A stretch of 64,000 nt of DNA from Isurus oxyrinchus (lineage: Eukaryota), in contig JANJGN010000011.1 in assembly GCA_026770705.1 (NCBI GenBank), forward strand, positions 113,336,001 to 113,400,000. Direction: 5' to 3'. Below the pieces are notes generated by a model. The model saw only the letters and a list, made by a program, of their open reading frames with translations. It was not told where the DNA came from and made no database searches. The translations under genes were made by a program, and so were the position numbers. Each line of letters begins with the position of its first letter. Within the stretch, counting starts at the first letter, position 1. This document shows, piece by piece, positions 25,780 to 38,930 of the stretch.

Positions 25780-26350
25780 AGTGGGACATCCTGAGAGGGA
25801 AAGCTCACCTTTTCAGGAAATAGAACTGCCTCGGCTCAGCTCCGCGCCGCCGCACTCCGACCCACCGGCACCGCGCCGCCGCACTGTCACCCGCCCACCG
25901 GCTCCGCGCCGCCGCACTGTCACCCGCCCACCGGCTCCGCGCCGCCGCACTCTCACCCGCACACCAGCACCGCGCCACCGCTTTCTGAGTCCCTGCTGGC
26001 TCCGCGCCGGATTCTGGGAGAGCGGAAGCTTGTGGCGCCGCTGTAGTTGTCACTTCCGGCCTGTCGCTATCTCCCTGTAAAGATGGAGTCGGTGTGTGAG
26101 TGAATCAGTGCGGATTCTGCCTGATCGTTATGAAGGTTGGTTGGATTTTTTTTTTAAACTGAGGGGGGAGGGGAGGATAGGATAGGAAATCGGGGAGAAG
26201 CCCCAGGATTCGTCGTTTCCCGGTACCTTCCTCCGGTGGAGATGGGTTTGTGTTTCCTCAGTAAGGACTCGGTCAGCAGATCGCAGCGGGACTGAGCCGG
26301 GAAGGTAACCCCCAGGAGTGAAGCTGACATCCTGAGTCAGCGCTGCTTGT
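25780..26350. promoter_or_regulatory. CpG-island bidirectional promoter and non-coding first exons of LIG4 (-) and ABHD13 (+)
   Basis: Most CpG-dense non-TE stretch in the window; ETS site CACTTCCGG 26051-26059; YY1-like AAGATGG 26080-26086; GC boxes; - strand donor AAAG|GTGAGC at 25809/25808; + strand candidate donors at 26096 (GTGAGT), 26136 (AAG|GTTGGT) and 26305 (AAG|GTAACC). Confidence 0.85.
25839..25981. repeat. 33-bp GC-rich minisatellite, about 4 units
   Basis: Unit CCACCGGCTCCGCGCCGCCGCACTGTCACCCGC repeated nearly perfectly. Confidence 0.9.
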
Positions 26351-26794
26351 CTTTAGTTCGGCCAATCCCGCTCCTAGTGAATTTTAATTGGATACATTTC
26401 AAAATGTCAGTTTAGGGCTGCTGCTTGGCGGGGGTGAGTACGTGTCAGAGTCATCATGGAATTGTTGTGAATTAAGTTTATACTCAGTTCACAGAAGCGG
26501 TTTTGGATCACCATGCCGTTCTAGAATTGCTTTGTTGACATGCAAAGCGTATTTTCATTGCCTGGAAGAAATAGTGTAGGCGTTCAATTCCTCGAAGATG
26601 TTTGTGCATCTCCTAAAAAAAACTTGCAGAGGTGGACAGAGATATGGATGCTATCTATTGGCCTAATGTGAACACTGAAGGTTTGTTGACACTCCAGTGG
26701 TGAGAAGGTCGACCACACAGTCTAGTAAAATATATTTTGAAGAAAATAAGATGAAGGCTATAGTGTTAGGATAAGTTTGTGTCTTTTTACAAGA

Positions 26795-27900
26795 CAAGTG
26801 ATCATCTTCCAAAATTCTATAGATTCTGGAGTGGTTCCTGCAGTTTGGAAGGTGGCAAATGTGACTCCACTATTTAAGAAAGGAGGGAAAGAGAAAATGG
26901 GGGACTACAGACCTGTTAGCCTTATATCAGTAGTAGGGAAAGTGCTAGAATCTTATAAAATATGTGAAAAATGGACACTTAGATAACAGTCATCTGGTTG
27001 GGCATATTCAACATGAATTTATGAATGGGAAGTCATGTATGCCGAATCTGTTGGAGTTTTGTGAGGATATTGCTAACAGTTGATAAAAGGGAGTCAGTGG
27101 ACATAGTATACTTGGATTTTCAGAAGGTTTTTGATAAAGTCCCCACAGGAGGTTGGTTAGCAAAATTAAAGCATATGGGTATAGGAGGTAATATACTGGT
27201 AAGGATTAAGGATGGTTTAAAAGGCAGAAAACAGAGTAGGAATAAAGGGGTCATTCTTGCATTGACAGGCTGTAACTAGTAGTGTACTGCAAGGATCAGT
27301 ACTTGGGCCCCAGCTGCTCACAAATATCAATGATTTGGATGTGGGGACCAAATGTAATATTTCCAAGTTCATAGATGACACACAACTAGGTGGGATTGTG
27401 TTGTGAGGAAGATGCAAAGCGGTCACAAAGGAATTTGGACAGACGTTATGAGTGGACAAGACCACGGCAAATGGAATATAATGTGCAAAAATGTGAGGTT
27501 ATCCACTTTGGTAGGAGGAAATTTAAGTATTTTGCAGGTTTCAATGATACTTAAAGGGATACACAGGGTAGATGCAGATAAGATGTTTGCCCTGGTTGGA
27601 GTCTTGCACCAGGGAACACAATTTCAGAATAAGGGGGAAGCCACTTAGGACCGAGAGGAAGGGAATTTGTTTCATTCAGAGGGTTGTGAATCTTTGGAAT
27701 ATTCCAGCCCAAAGGGCTATAGAAAAACAATCATTGAGCATGTTTAAAGGAGTCATTGACAGATTTCTAAATATGAATGACATTAAGGGATATGGGGATA
27801 GTGTGGGAAAAGGGCATTAAAGTGGACAATCAGCTTTGATCATATTGAATGGCAGAGCAGGCTTGACGGGCTGAGTGGGGTACTTCTCTTATGTTGCTAT
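26795..27900 (+). mobile_element. CR1 family A LINE RT and 3' end, internally deleted
   Basis: WKVANVTPLFKKG, DYRPVSL, YLDFQKVFDKVP, QRVVNLWN, IKGYG and 3' UTR. Confidence 0.85.
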
Positions 27901-28799
27901 GCTTCATTTGTACTAATGGGACTGCAAACTAGGTGTATTCTTCAAAATGATCCCAGAAGAATAGCATTCACTTGTAGAAAACTCTACCTGTCTATCCAAT
28001 AAGTATTTAAATGTGTTTTTATACAGAAAGTACGTTTTGACATTTCCTATAGGCTGTGTATGGAGACAGTTGGTATCATGATTGATAAGATATATGTAAG
28101 AGTCTGTGAATGGATAGTGTGCAGGTAACATTGCTGTCTCCATTAAATAATGTTTGGAAGTTTTAAGTTAAATATAATATCCATGTTTGTCTTTTGTAGA
28201 AAATGACATTAAGAAATGCAATGTTAATACTGCTTATATAAGTTGAAATGCAGTCCACAGAAATTATTTCTGCCTCCCTCCAAAATTCAGAATGCTGTTT
28301 GGGTACTTTGTGGTATAGAAAGACCAGCTTGTTGAGTTATATCGGTGAAATTCAGGTGGAATTGACCCAATTGACGCAACAGGTCACGGAATTTTAAATG
28401 CATGTTACACCCAAAACCACTTGTGTTCCTGTTTTCTGTGATCTGTTATGCTGGTTCACCAGAATCAGGCTCCCACATACAAAACTGGCCAGGCTTCTAT
28501 GTCAAAATTGAGAGATTTTGCTGCTTGTGTTTGTTTGGGAAGGCTCTTCAAATTGCCTTTCTGTTCTTTGGCACATGGGCATTATTGTGCACATCTTAAA
28601 CATTTTCCATGTTAAGAAATATTTAATTTGTGAAGAAACTGACAAGTCTACACCAATGAAACTATTAAATGCTTCATTATAATTTTGTCATTTACAGTGA
28701 TCTAAAAGTAAGAAATTCATAGATGGATGACATTTTTAACCCTTGTTAAAAATGCTTATTTTCAGTGATAAAGTCATTTTCAACTGTAGTAATAAAACT

Positions 28800-31700
28800 T
28801 CTCATTGAGGATCCCCTCCATTTTGTTGTGTGGCACTGCCACTGTACTAAATGGGATAGATTTTGAACAGATCTAGCAACTTCAAACTGAACATCTGTGA
28901 AGCGCCGTGGGCCTTCGGTAGCAGCAGAATTGTACTCAAACACAATCTGTAACCTCGTGGCCCAGTATATGCCCCACTCTACCATTATGATCAAACCAGT
29001 GGATCAATGAAGAGTGCAGGAGGGCATACCAGGAGCAGCACTAGGCAAAGCTAAAAATGAGGTGTCAACCTGATGAAGCTACAATACAGGACCACTTACA
29101 TGCCAAACAGCAGAAGGAGCATGCGATAGACAGAGCTAAGTGATCCCATAACCAATGGCTCAGATCTAGCTTTGCAGTCCGGCCACAGTTGTTAATGGTG
29201 GTGGACAATTAAACAACTATAAGGAGGAGGAGGCTTCATAAATATTCCCACCATCAATGATGGGGAGCCCAGCACATCAGTGAAAATACAGGGCTTAAGC
29301 ATTTGGAACAAAAGTGCCCTGTGGATGATCCATCTTGGCCTCCTCCAGAAGTCCCCAGAATTACAAATGCTGGTCTTCAGCCAATTCGATTCACTCCAAG
29401 TGATATCAAGAAACGGCTGAAGGCACTGGATACTGCAAAGACTATAGGCTCTGACAATATTCCGGCAATAGCACAAACAACAAAGAAAAGTACTGCACAG
29501 GAACAGGCCCTTCGGCCCTCCAAGCCTGTGCCGATCATTTTGCCCGTCAACTAAAACATTTTGCACTTCCGGGGTCCGTATCCTTCTGTTCCCATCCTAT
29601 TCATGTATTTATCAAGCTGCCTCTTAAACACCATCTCCTTTGGCAGCGAATTCCAGACACTCACTACCCTCTGTGTAAAAAAACTTGCCCCGCACATCTT
29701 CTCTATAGTTTTCTCCTCTCACTTTAAATCTATGTCCCCTCATAATTGACTCTTCCACCCTGGGAAAAAGCTTCTGACTATCTACTCTGTCCATGCCACT
29801 CATAATTTTGTAAACTTCTATCAAGTCGCCCCTCAATCTCCGTGACTCTAGTGAGAACAGTCCAAGTTCCTTCAACCTCCAGACCAGGCAGCATCCTGGT
29901 AAATCTCCTCTGCACCCTCTCCATTGCCTCCATATCCTTCTGGTAACGTGGCGACCAGAATTGCATGCAATATTCCAAGTGTGGCCTAACCAAGGTTCTA
30001 TACAGCTGCAGCATGACTTCCCAGCTTTTATACTCAATACCCTTGCCAATGAAGGCAAGCATGCCATATGCCTTCCTGACTACAGTATCCACCTGCGTTG
30101 CCACTTTCAGTGACCTGTGGACCTGTACACCCAGATCCCTCTGCCCTTCGATGCACTTAAGGGTTCTGCCATTTACTCTATAATTCTTGCCTGTATTAGA
30201 CCTTCCAAAACGCATTACCTCGCATTTGTCCGGATTAAACTCCATCTGCCATTTTTCCGCCCAAGTCTCCAACCGATCTATATCCCGTTGTATCCTTTGA
30301 CAGTCCTCTTCACTATCTGCAACTCCTCCAACCTTAGTGTCGTCTGCAAACTTACTAATTAGCCCAGTTACTTTTCCTCCAAATCATTTACGTATACTAA
30401 AAACAGCAAAGGCCCCAGCACTGATCCCTGCAGAACTCTACTAGTCACAGCTCTCCATTCAAAAATGCACCGTTCCACTGCTACCCTCTGTCTTCTATGA
30501 CCAAGCCAATTCTGTATTCATCTTGCCAGCTCATCTCTGATCCCATGCGACTTTACCTTCAGTACCAGTCTGCCATGAGGGACCTTGTCAAAGACCTTAC
30601 TGAAATCCATGTATATAACATCCACTGCCCTTCCAATGCTGATCATCTTTGTCACTTCCTCGAAAAACTCGATCAAGTTAGTGAGACACGACCTCCCCTT
30701 CACAAAACCATGCTGCCTGTCACTAATACGCCCATTTGCTTCCAAATGGTAGTAAATCCAGTCACGAAGAATCTTCTCCAGTAATTTCCCTACCACTGAC
30801 GTAAGGCTCACCGGCCTGTAATTTCCTGGATTATCCTTGCTACCCTTCTTAAACAATGGAACAACACTGGCCATTCTCCAGTCCTCTGGGACCTCACCCC
30901 ATAGCCAGTGAGGATTCAAAGATTTCTGTCAAGGCCCCAGCAATCTCCTCCCTTGCCTCCCTCAGTACTCTGGGGTAGATCCCATCTGGCCTTGGGGACT
31001 TATCCACCTTAATATTCTTCAAGACGCCTAACACCTCTTTTTTGATCTTAACATGATCCAGGCTGGTCTACACATTCTTCCCACAAATCAACTGCTAAGT
31101 CCTTCTCTTTGGTGAATACTAATGAGAAGTATTCATTTAATATCTCTCCCATTTCTTCTGGCTCCACACACAGATTCCTGCCTCTGTCCCTGAGTGGGCC
31201 TACCCTTTCCCTGGCTACCCTCTTGCATTTTACATATTGGGATTTTCCTTAATCCTGGTTGCCAGTGACTTTTCCTGACCCCTTTTAGCTCTCCTGACTC
31301 CTTGCTAAAGTTTCTTCCTATTTTCTTTATATTCTCCGTGGGTTTCATCTGTTCCCAGCCTTCTAGCCCTTATGAAAGTTTCCATTTTATTTTTGACTAA
31401 TCTCACAATATCCTTCATTAGCCAAGGTTCCTGAAACTTGCCATGCTTATCCTTCATCCCAGCAGGAACATGCTGGTCCTGAATGCTTATCAACTGACGT
31501 TTAAAAGCCCCCCACATGCCAGTTGTTGATTTGCCCTCAAACATCCGCCTCCAGTCTAGATTCCTCAATTTCTGCCTAATATTGTTCTAATTAGACATCC
31601 CCCAATTAAGCACCTTAGCCCGAGGACTCCTGTTATCCTTATCCACCAGTACCTTGAAACTTACTGAATTATGGTCACTTTTCCCAAAATGCTCCCCTAC

Positions 31701-34065
31701 TGAAACTTCGACCATCTGGCCGGGTTCATTCCCTAATACCAGGTCCAGTATTTCCCCTTCCTGAGTTGGACTATCTACATATTGTCTCAGGAAGCCCTCC
31801 TGAATGCACTGTACAAATTCTGCACCATTCAAACTCCTAGCACCAAGTGATTCCCAGTCAATATAGGGAAAGTTAAAATCACCCACCACAACAACCCTGT
31901 TACTTTTACATCTTTCCAAAATCTGCCTATATAACTGTTCCTCAATCTTCTGCCAGCAATTGGGAGGCCTGTAGTAAACCCCCAACATTGTGACTGCACC
32001 CTTCCTATTCCTGAGCTCTACCCATATTGCCTCGCTGCATGAGCCCACCGATGTATCCTCCTGTCGTACAGCTGTGATATTCCCCTTAACCAGCAGTGCA
32101 ATTCCCCCACCTCTTCTACATCTTTCTCTATCCTGCCTGAAACACCTAAATCCTGGAACATTTTTCTGCCAATCCTGTCCATCCTTCAACCAAGTCTCTG
32201 TAATAGCCATAACATCATAGTCCCAAGTACTAATCCAAGCTCTAAGCTCATCTGCCTTGCCTGTTATACTTCTCACATTGAAACAAATGCATTTCAGACC
32301 CCCAGTTCCACTGTGTTCTGTAATTTCTCCCTGCCTGCTCTTCCTCTTAGTCCTACTGGCCATATTCACTGGTTCCCAGTCATTTATTTCACCTGCTGAC
32401 CTATTGCTCTGGTTCCCACCCCCCCTGCCATACTAGTTTAAACCCTCCCGAGTGACACTAGCAAATCTCGCAGCCAGGATATTGGTGCCCCTCTAGTTTA
32501 AATGCAACCCGTCCTTCTTGCCCGCGAAGAGATCCCAATGATCCAGATATCGGAAACCCTCCCTCCTACACCATCTGTTCAGCTGCACTATCTTCCTATT
32601 TCTAGCCTCACTGGCACATGGCACAGGGAGTAATCCTCAGATTACAACCCTAGAGGTCCTGTTTTTAAGTACTGAAGACTTAGGCTCCAGAACTAGCACG
32701 TACCCCTAGCCAAGCTGTTCCAGTACAGGTATGTCAATGCCCAGCAATGTGGAAAATTGTGCAGGTATGTCCTGTCCACAAAAACCAGGACAACCTGGCT
32801 AATACTGCCGCATTCGTTTTTTTTCGATCTTCAGCAAAGTGATGGAAGGTGTTGTCCACAGTGCCATCAAGCAGCACTTACTAAACAATAACCTCCTTAC
32901 TGATGTTCAGTTTGGGCTCTACAATGGCCACAAAAGAGCTGAACTCCCGAGGTGAGAGTGACTGCCCTTGATATCAGGGCCATCTTTGTCTGAGCGTGAC
33001 ATCAAGGGGCCCTAGCAAAACTGGAATCAAGGGGAAAACTCTCCACTGGTTGGAGTAATACCTAGCACAAAGGACAATGGTTGAAAGTCAATCACTTCAA
33101 CCCCGGGACACCTCTGCAGGAGTTCCTCATGGTAGAGTCCTAGAGGCGCAACCATTTTCAGCTGCTTCATCAATAACCTTCTTTCCCATAATAAGGTCAG
33201 AAATGGGGGTGTGCAATCATCCATGAACAATATTTGGATACTGAAGCAGTCCATGCCCAAATGCAACATGACCTCAACAATATTCAGTCTTGGGCTGACA
33301 AGTGGCAAGTAACATTCGCACTACCCAAGTGCCAAGCAATGACAAGAGGGAATCTAACCATCTCCCCATAATACTCAATGGCATTACCATCACTGAATCC
33401 CTTGCTATCAACATTCTGGGGTTACCATTGACCTGAAACAGAACTGGGCCAGCCATATAAATACTGTGGCTATAAGAGCAGGACAGAGGCTGGAATTCTG
33501 TGGAGAGTAACTCACTTCCCAATTCCTCAAAACCTGTCCACCATCTACAAGGCACAAGTCAAGAATAATCTCCACCTGTCTAGATGAGTGCAGCTCCAAC
33601 AACACTCAAGAAGCACAACACCATCCAGGACAAAGCAGCATGCTTGATTGGCACCCCATCTACCACCTTCAATATTCGCTCCCTCCACCGACGCACAGTG
33701 GCAGCAGTGCATACCATCTACAAGATGCATTGAAGCAACTCACCAAGGCTCCTTTGACAGCACCTTCCAAACCCTTGACATCTACCACCCTGAAGGACAA
33801 GGGCAGTAGAAGCATGGGAACAATACCACCTGCAAGTTCTCCTCCAAATCACACATTATCCTGACTAGGAACTATATCGCCTTTCCTTCACTGTCCCTGG
33901 GTCAAAAGCCCGGAACTCCCTCACTAACAGCGCAGTACCTACACCACAGGGACTGCAGCGGTTCAAGAACGCATCTCACCACCAGCTTCTCAAGGGCAGT
34001 TAGGGATAGGCAATAAATGCTGGCCCAGCCTGCGATGCCCACACCCCGTGAACAATTTAAAAAAA
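28800..34065 (+). mobile_element. CR1 family B LINE (28800-29471 and 32668-34065) split by a nested family A element
   Basis: KKRLKALDTAKTIGSDNIPAI stops at about 29471 and resumes as GTACTGAAGACT at about 32669; the same junction is uninterrupted in the copy at 54840-54880. Confidence 0.8.
29472..32667 (-). mobile_element. Long CR1 family A (HER1-like) LINE: ORF1 C-terminus, ORF2 endonuclease/RT and 3' tail
   Basis: ORF 31587-32369 is APE endonuclease (AITETWL, GVYYRPP, GDFNFP, LDLVL, SDH); ORFs 30518-30919 and 29778-30272 are RT; tail GGGCCGAAGGGCCTGTTCCTGTGC. Confidence 0.92.
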
Positions 34066-34334
34066 ACCTTATGCTTCATAAGTTGGTTTTGTACAGTGGA
34101 ACAGCTTCATGAATTTTGAGTTATTTTCTTAAATTTCTATCGTGGAACAACAGCTTTTTTCAACATCAACTGGTGTAAAATCAAATGGAAGAATATACTA
34201 GACTTTAACAATACCTGTGTGAAACTTGTATATATGTAGAAGCTGAGACGGATGAGAATTCTGTAGGAGTGTCTGGTGGTCTGTATTTAACTGATCAGAC
34301 ATCTGTACACCAAAATGAGCTATGAAAGAAAGTC

Positions 34335-35075
34335 AAAGACAAAATATTGCAGATGCTGGAAATCTGAAATAAAAATGAAATGCTTGACATACTCAGTGGG
34401 CCAGGCAGCATCGCTTTTGAGAGAGAAATACTGTTAATGTTGCAGGCACATGACCTTTCATCAGAACTGGGAAAAGTTGGAGACCTGACAGGTTTTGACC
34501 AAGGACAGCGATATTTGAGGAGAATGAAAGGAAAGGTCTGTGATAGAGTGCAAAGTAGCAGCTATTAAATAACAAAAGGGGTGGTGGTGTAAAGCGAGAG
34601 ATGGGTCAAGTAAAGAAACAAAAGTTGAGTCTAGACAAGGAATAATTGAGAAAAACAGAATTATCAACTGCTACTGTCAGAAGAATTGATGGCAAAGGTT
34701 ATGATCTGAAATTGTTGATCTCAATGTTGAGCCTTGGAGGCTATAAAGTGCATAATCAGAAGAGGAAATACTGTTCCTCAGGTTTACGCTGAGCTTCATT
34801 GGAACAGTGAAACAAAAACAGAATTACCTGGAAAAACTCACGAACAGTTGAAGGGTCACGAGGACTCGAAACGTCAACTCTTTTCTTCTCCGCCGATGCT
34901 GCCAGACCTTCTGAGTTTTTCCAGGTAATTCTGTTTTTGTTTTGGATTTCCAGCATCTGCAGTTTTTTTGTTTTTATATTCATTGGAACAGTGTTAGAGG
35001 TCAGCAAGGGGGAGGGGTGGAGAATTAAGATGACATGTGACAAGGAGCTCAGGAGCATGCCTACAAACAAAACGT
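34335..35075 (-). mobile_element. Older PLE 3' fragment with hammerhead motif, interrupted at 34810-34978
   Basis: Reverse complement GTTCTGATGAAAGGTCATGTGCCTGCAACATTAAC at about 34433-34467; GIY-YIG C-terminal remnant HCSNEAQRKPEEQY. Confidence 0.7.
34810..34978 (+). mobile_element. Fold-back PLE mini-element with perfect 15-bp TSD
   Basis: TTCATTGGAACAGTG at 34795-34809 and 34979-34993; 30-bp inverted arm, then CAGTTGA-AGGGTC-ACGAG-GACTC-GAAACGTCAACTC. Confidence 0.85.
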
Positions 35076-35244
35076 AGGCATCCAATGAATCTACACTTCC
35101 ATGAACAGGGGCCCAACCAGTCTTCAACCCCCACCACCCTCCTTCGCTAGCTGAACCTGTCACGTTGAACAATTTCCCCTTTAACTATGCTCACTTACAC
35201 AGTGAACCCATATTGGTCCAAGCTACGCTTGCCGCCTTGTGGAA

Positions 35245-37850
35245 CATTCTCCAGTGGTCATGGTCCATGTAGGCACCAACGACATAGGTAAGACTAGGAA
35301 AGACATTCTGCATAGGGAGTACAAGGGACTTGGCACTAAATTAAAAAGCAGAACCTCAAAGCTAATAATCTCTTGATTATTACCTGAGCCATGTGCAAAT
35401 TGGCATGGGGAAAATAAGATTAGAGAGAAGAATGAATGGCTCAAAGATTGGTGTGGCAGAAATGGGTTCTGATTCATGGGGTACTGGCACTAGCACTGGG
35501 GAAAGTGTTAACTGAACCACTGGCATGGTCTACACTTGAACCGTGCTGGGACCAGTGTTCTAGCAGCTTGTATAACCAGGGAAGTCGAGAGGGCTTTAAA
35601 CTAACTTGGGTGGGTGGAGGTGGGGGTGGAGCTGGGGAAGAGGTCATGTGGAGGTAAATTAAATAACTTAAAGGGAAATGACAAGGCAATAGGTCAAGAT
35701 AGCAAGAAAGGTAATGATAATCAGAGTACGGCAGGAAAGGGTAATGATTGTAAACTTAAGAGTTTACTGGCAGATAGAGCCAGAGTTTACAAAAACAGTT
35801 TAAAAAAAAACTGAATTAAGGGTTCTATATCTGGATGCCCATAGCATTCACAATAAAACAGATGAATTGTCAGCTCAAATAGAAATTCATACATATGACC
35901 TGATAGCCATTACAGAGACGTGACTACAAGGAAAGCAAACCAGAGACCTGAATATCCCAGGGTATGTGACATTCAGGAAGGACAGGAAGTTGGAAAAAGA
36001 TGGTGGGGTAGCTCTGTGAAATAAAGAGGGCATTGGCACTGTAGTGAGAGATGATCTTAATTCTAAAGATCAGGGCATTGAATTGGTTTGGGTGGAACTA
36101 AGAAACAGCAAGGGACAGAAAACATTGGTGGGAGTTGTTTATAGGCCAATGAGCAGTGGTAATGTAAATCACAATATAAATCAAGAAATTAAAGATGCAT
36201 GTAACAAGGGTAATACAGAAATCATGGGGGATTTTAATCTACATATAGATTTGGTAAACCTAATTAGTATTAATGTTGTGGAGGGCAAATTCTTGGAATG
36301 TATGGAAGATGGTTTTCCAGAGCAATATGTTGAGGAACCAACAAGGGAACAATCTAGAATTCGATCTAGTATTGTGCAATGGAAAAGGGCTAGTTAATAG
36401 TTTTGTTGTGAGAGAGCCTTTTGGAAAGAGTGACCATAATATGATAGAATTTTACATTAAGTTTGAAAGTGATGTAGTTCATTGTGAGACTAGGGTTTTA
36501 AATCTAAAAAAAGGTAACTATGACAAAATGAGGGGCAAATTGGTTGTGGTAGATTGAGAAGGTATGTTGAAAGATATGATGATAAACAGGCAATAGCTAG
36601 CATTTAAAAGAACAATTGCATAGCTTACAACAAAAATATATTTATTTAATGCACAAAAAGCCAGCAAGGAAGATGTTCCAACTGTAGTTAACGAAAGAAG
36701 TCAAGAATTGCATTACATCAAAGGAAGAGGCATATACAGTTGCCAAAAAGTGCTAAGTCTGAGAATTGGAAGCATTTTAGAATTCTGCAAAGGAGGACCA
36801 AGAAAAAGATTATAAAAGGAAAAATAGAATATGGCAGTAAACTAGTGAGAAACATAAAAATGGACTGTAAAAGCTTCTATAGGTATGAAAAACAAACAAA
36901 CACACATGGGTCCATTAGAAGTGAAGTCCTGAGAATTTATAATGGGGAATAAGAAAATGGCAGAGAAACTAAACAAATACTTTGTGCCTGTCTTCACAAG
37001 GAAAATTCTAAAAACCTTGCAGAAACAATGGGGAATCAAGGGTCTAGTGTAAATATGGGACTGCAGGATATTGATATTAGTAAAAAAAATTACTAGAGAA
37101 ATTAATGGGACTTAAAGTAAATATAACCCCTGTTCCTGATGATATATATCCCAGTGTGTTGAAAGAGGTGGCTGCAGAGGTAGTAGATACATTGGTGGTC
37201 ATCTTTCAAAAATTCTGTTGACCCTGGAATGGTTCCTGCAGATTGGAAAATGGCAACTATAATCCTACTATTTAAGAAAGGAGAAAGAAGCAAAAGGGGG
37301 AATTATAGACCTGTTAGCCTGACATTGGTAGTGGGGAAATTGCTGGAATCAATAATAAAGGATGTGATAACAGGACACTTAGAAAATAATGGTAGGATTG
37401 AGCAGAGTCAACATGAATTTATGAAAGGGAAATCATGTTTAACAAATCTGTTGGAGTTTTTTGAGGATGTAACCAGCAGAATAGATAAGGGGAATGTGGT
37501 ATATTTAGATTTGCAGGAAGCCTTTGATAATATCCCACAAGAGGTTAATAAACAAAATTGGAGCATATGGGATTGGGGATAGTTTACTGGCGCGGATTGA
37601 GAACTGGTTAATGTACAGAAAGCAGATAGTAGGAATAAATGGGTAATTTTTAGTGGGGTACCACAAGGATCAGTGCTTGGGCCCCAGCTATTCGCAATTT
37701 ATATCAATGATTTGGATGTGGAAATGAAATGTAATATTTCCAAGTTTGCAGATGAGACAAGACTAGGTGAAAGTATGAGTTGTGAGGAGGATGCAAAGAC
37801 TCTTCAAGGGGATTTAGACAGGCTACACGGGTGAGCTAAAATTTGGCAGA
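35245..37850 (+). mobile_element. Decayed CR1 family A LINE with ORF1 SGNH-esterase remnant and ORF2 EN/RT
   Basis: VVMVHVGTNDIG at about 35254; WVELRNSKG...GVVYRP...GDFN; GKSDHN; GNYRPVSLT; PQGSVLGP; SKFADET. Confidence 0.85.
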
Positions 37851-38515
37851 TGGTGACCATTTTGGAGCTAATGTCAGTATTACAGTTAGATTTACTATAA
37901 TCATGGAAAAGGATAAAGATAGAACAGGAGTAAAAGTTCTGAATTGGGGAAAGACAAAATTGATGAATTTGGGAGGTGATCTGAGAAAGTGGACTGGTTA
38001 CAGTGACTTGAAGGGAAATCAGTGAGAGACCAATTCAGAAGTGAGAGTCTACAGGCACAGTGCACACATGTTCCCACCAAGACAAAGGGCGGTACTGCCA
38101 AATCTAGAGCCCCCTGGCTACCTAAATGTATACAATAAAGCAGAAAAAGAAAGCTCATGACAGTCACAAAAAACGTAATACTGTAGAAAGCCTAGAGGAG
38201 TATAGAAAGTATAGGGATGAAGTAAAAAAGGTAATTAGGAAAGCAAAGAGTGGATATGAAAAAATATTGGCAGGTAAAATCAAAGAAAACCCAAAGATGT
38301 TTTACCAGTACATTAAGAGCAAAGGAGTAACTGAGGAAAGGGTAAGGCTATCAGAAATGTATATGGTAACTTGTGCTCTTGTGCTGAAGGTGTGGCCAGG
38401 GTTCTCAATGAGTACTTTGTCTCTGTCTTTACCAAGGAGAAGGATGAAGCAGATATTCTAGTTAAAGAGGAGGAGTGTGAAATATTAGATACAATAGGCA
38501 TAATGAAAGGATGTA
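37851..38515 (+). mobile_element. Second CR1 family A fragment (EN end and tether)
   Basis: KVLNWGK; KIKENPKMFYQYIKSK; LNEYFVSVFTKE. Confidence 0.75.
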
Positions 38516-38559
38516 ATGGACGGATTGACATCCATGAAGGTGGAAAGAAGCATGAGCAA

Positions 38560-38930
38560 CATGAGCCTCCAAAGGTCCTATTTCTGTTGATGACTGGCGA
38601 GTGACTATGGGTTCGAGGGCTTGGTTCCACCATCGACACCTATTCACCTCCTTTACATGCCCAACTGCTATGAGATTGCTTTGGCCTGGCGCTTGGATGT
38701 GCTGCTTTCAGGCCAGGCACTGGAATCCTCATTCACTGCACTCCGATCCTTCACTGTCGCTGGGTCAAAATCCTGGAACTCTCTCCCTGACAGCACTGTG
38801 GGTGTACCTACCACCACATGGACTGTAGCAGTTCAAGAAGGCAGTTCACCACCACCTTCTCAAGGGCAATTAGGGATGGGCAATAAATGCTGGCCTTGCC
38901 AGCGACACCCACATCCCATGAATGAAAATA
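38560..38930 (+). mobile_element. CR1 family B 3' end (possibly a SINE with this tail)
   Basis: 38740-38930 matches the family B terminus; the upstream part is unassigned. Confidence 0.65.

Noticed and set aside
25781-26080. Pro/Arg-rich repeat ORFs on both strands in the CpG island
   Set aside because: Open only because the GC-rich 33-bp unit is a multiple of 3; the + ORF starts at GTG and neither resembles a protein family. A uORF role is not excluded.
31587-32369. Domesticated endonuclease gene
   Set aside because: Part of a CR1 copy whose downstream ORF2 is frameshifted; no sign of independent gene structure.
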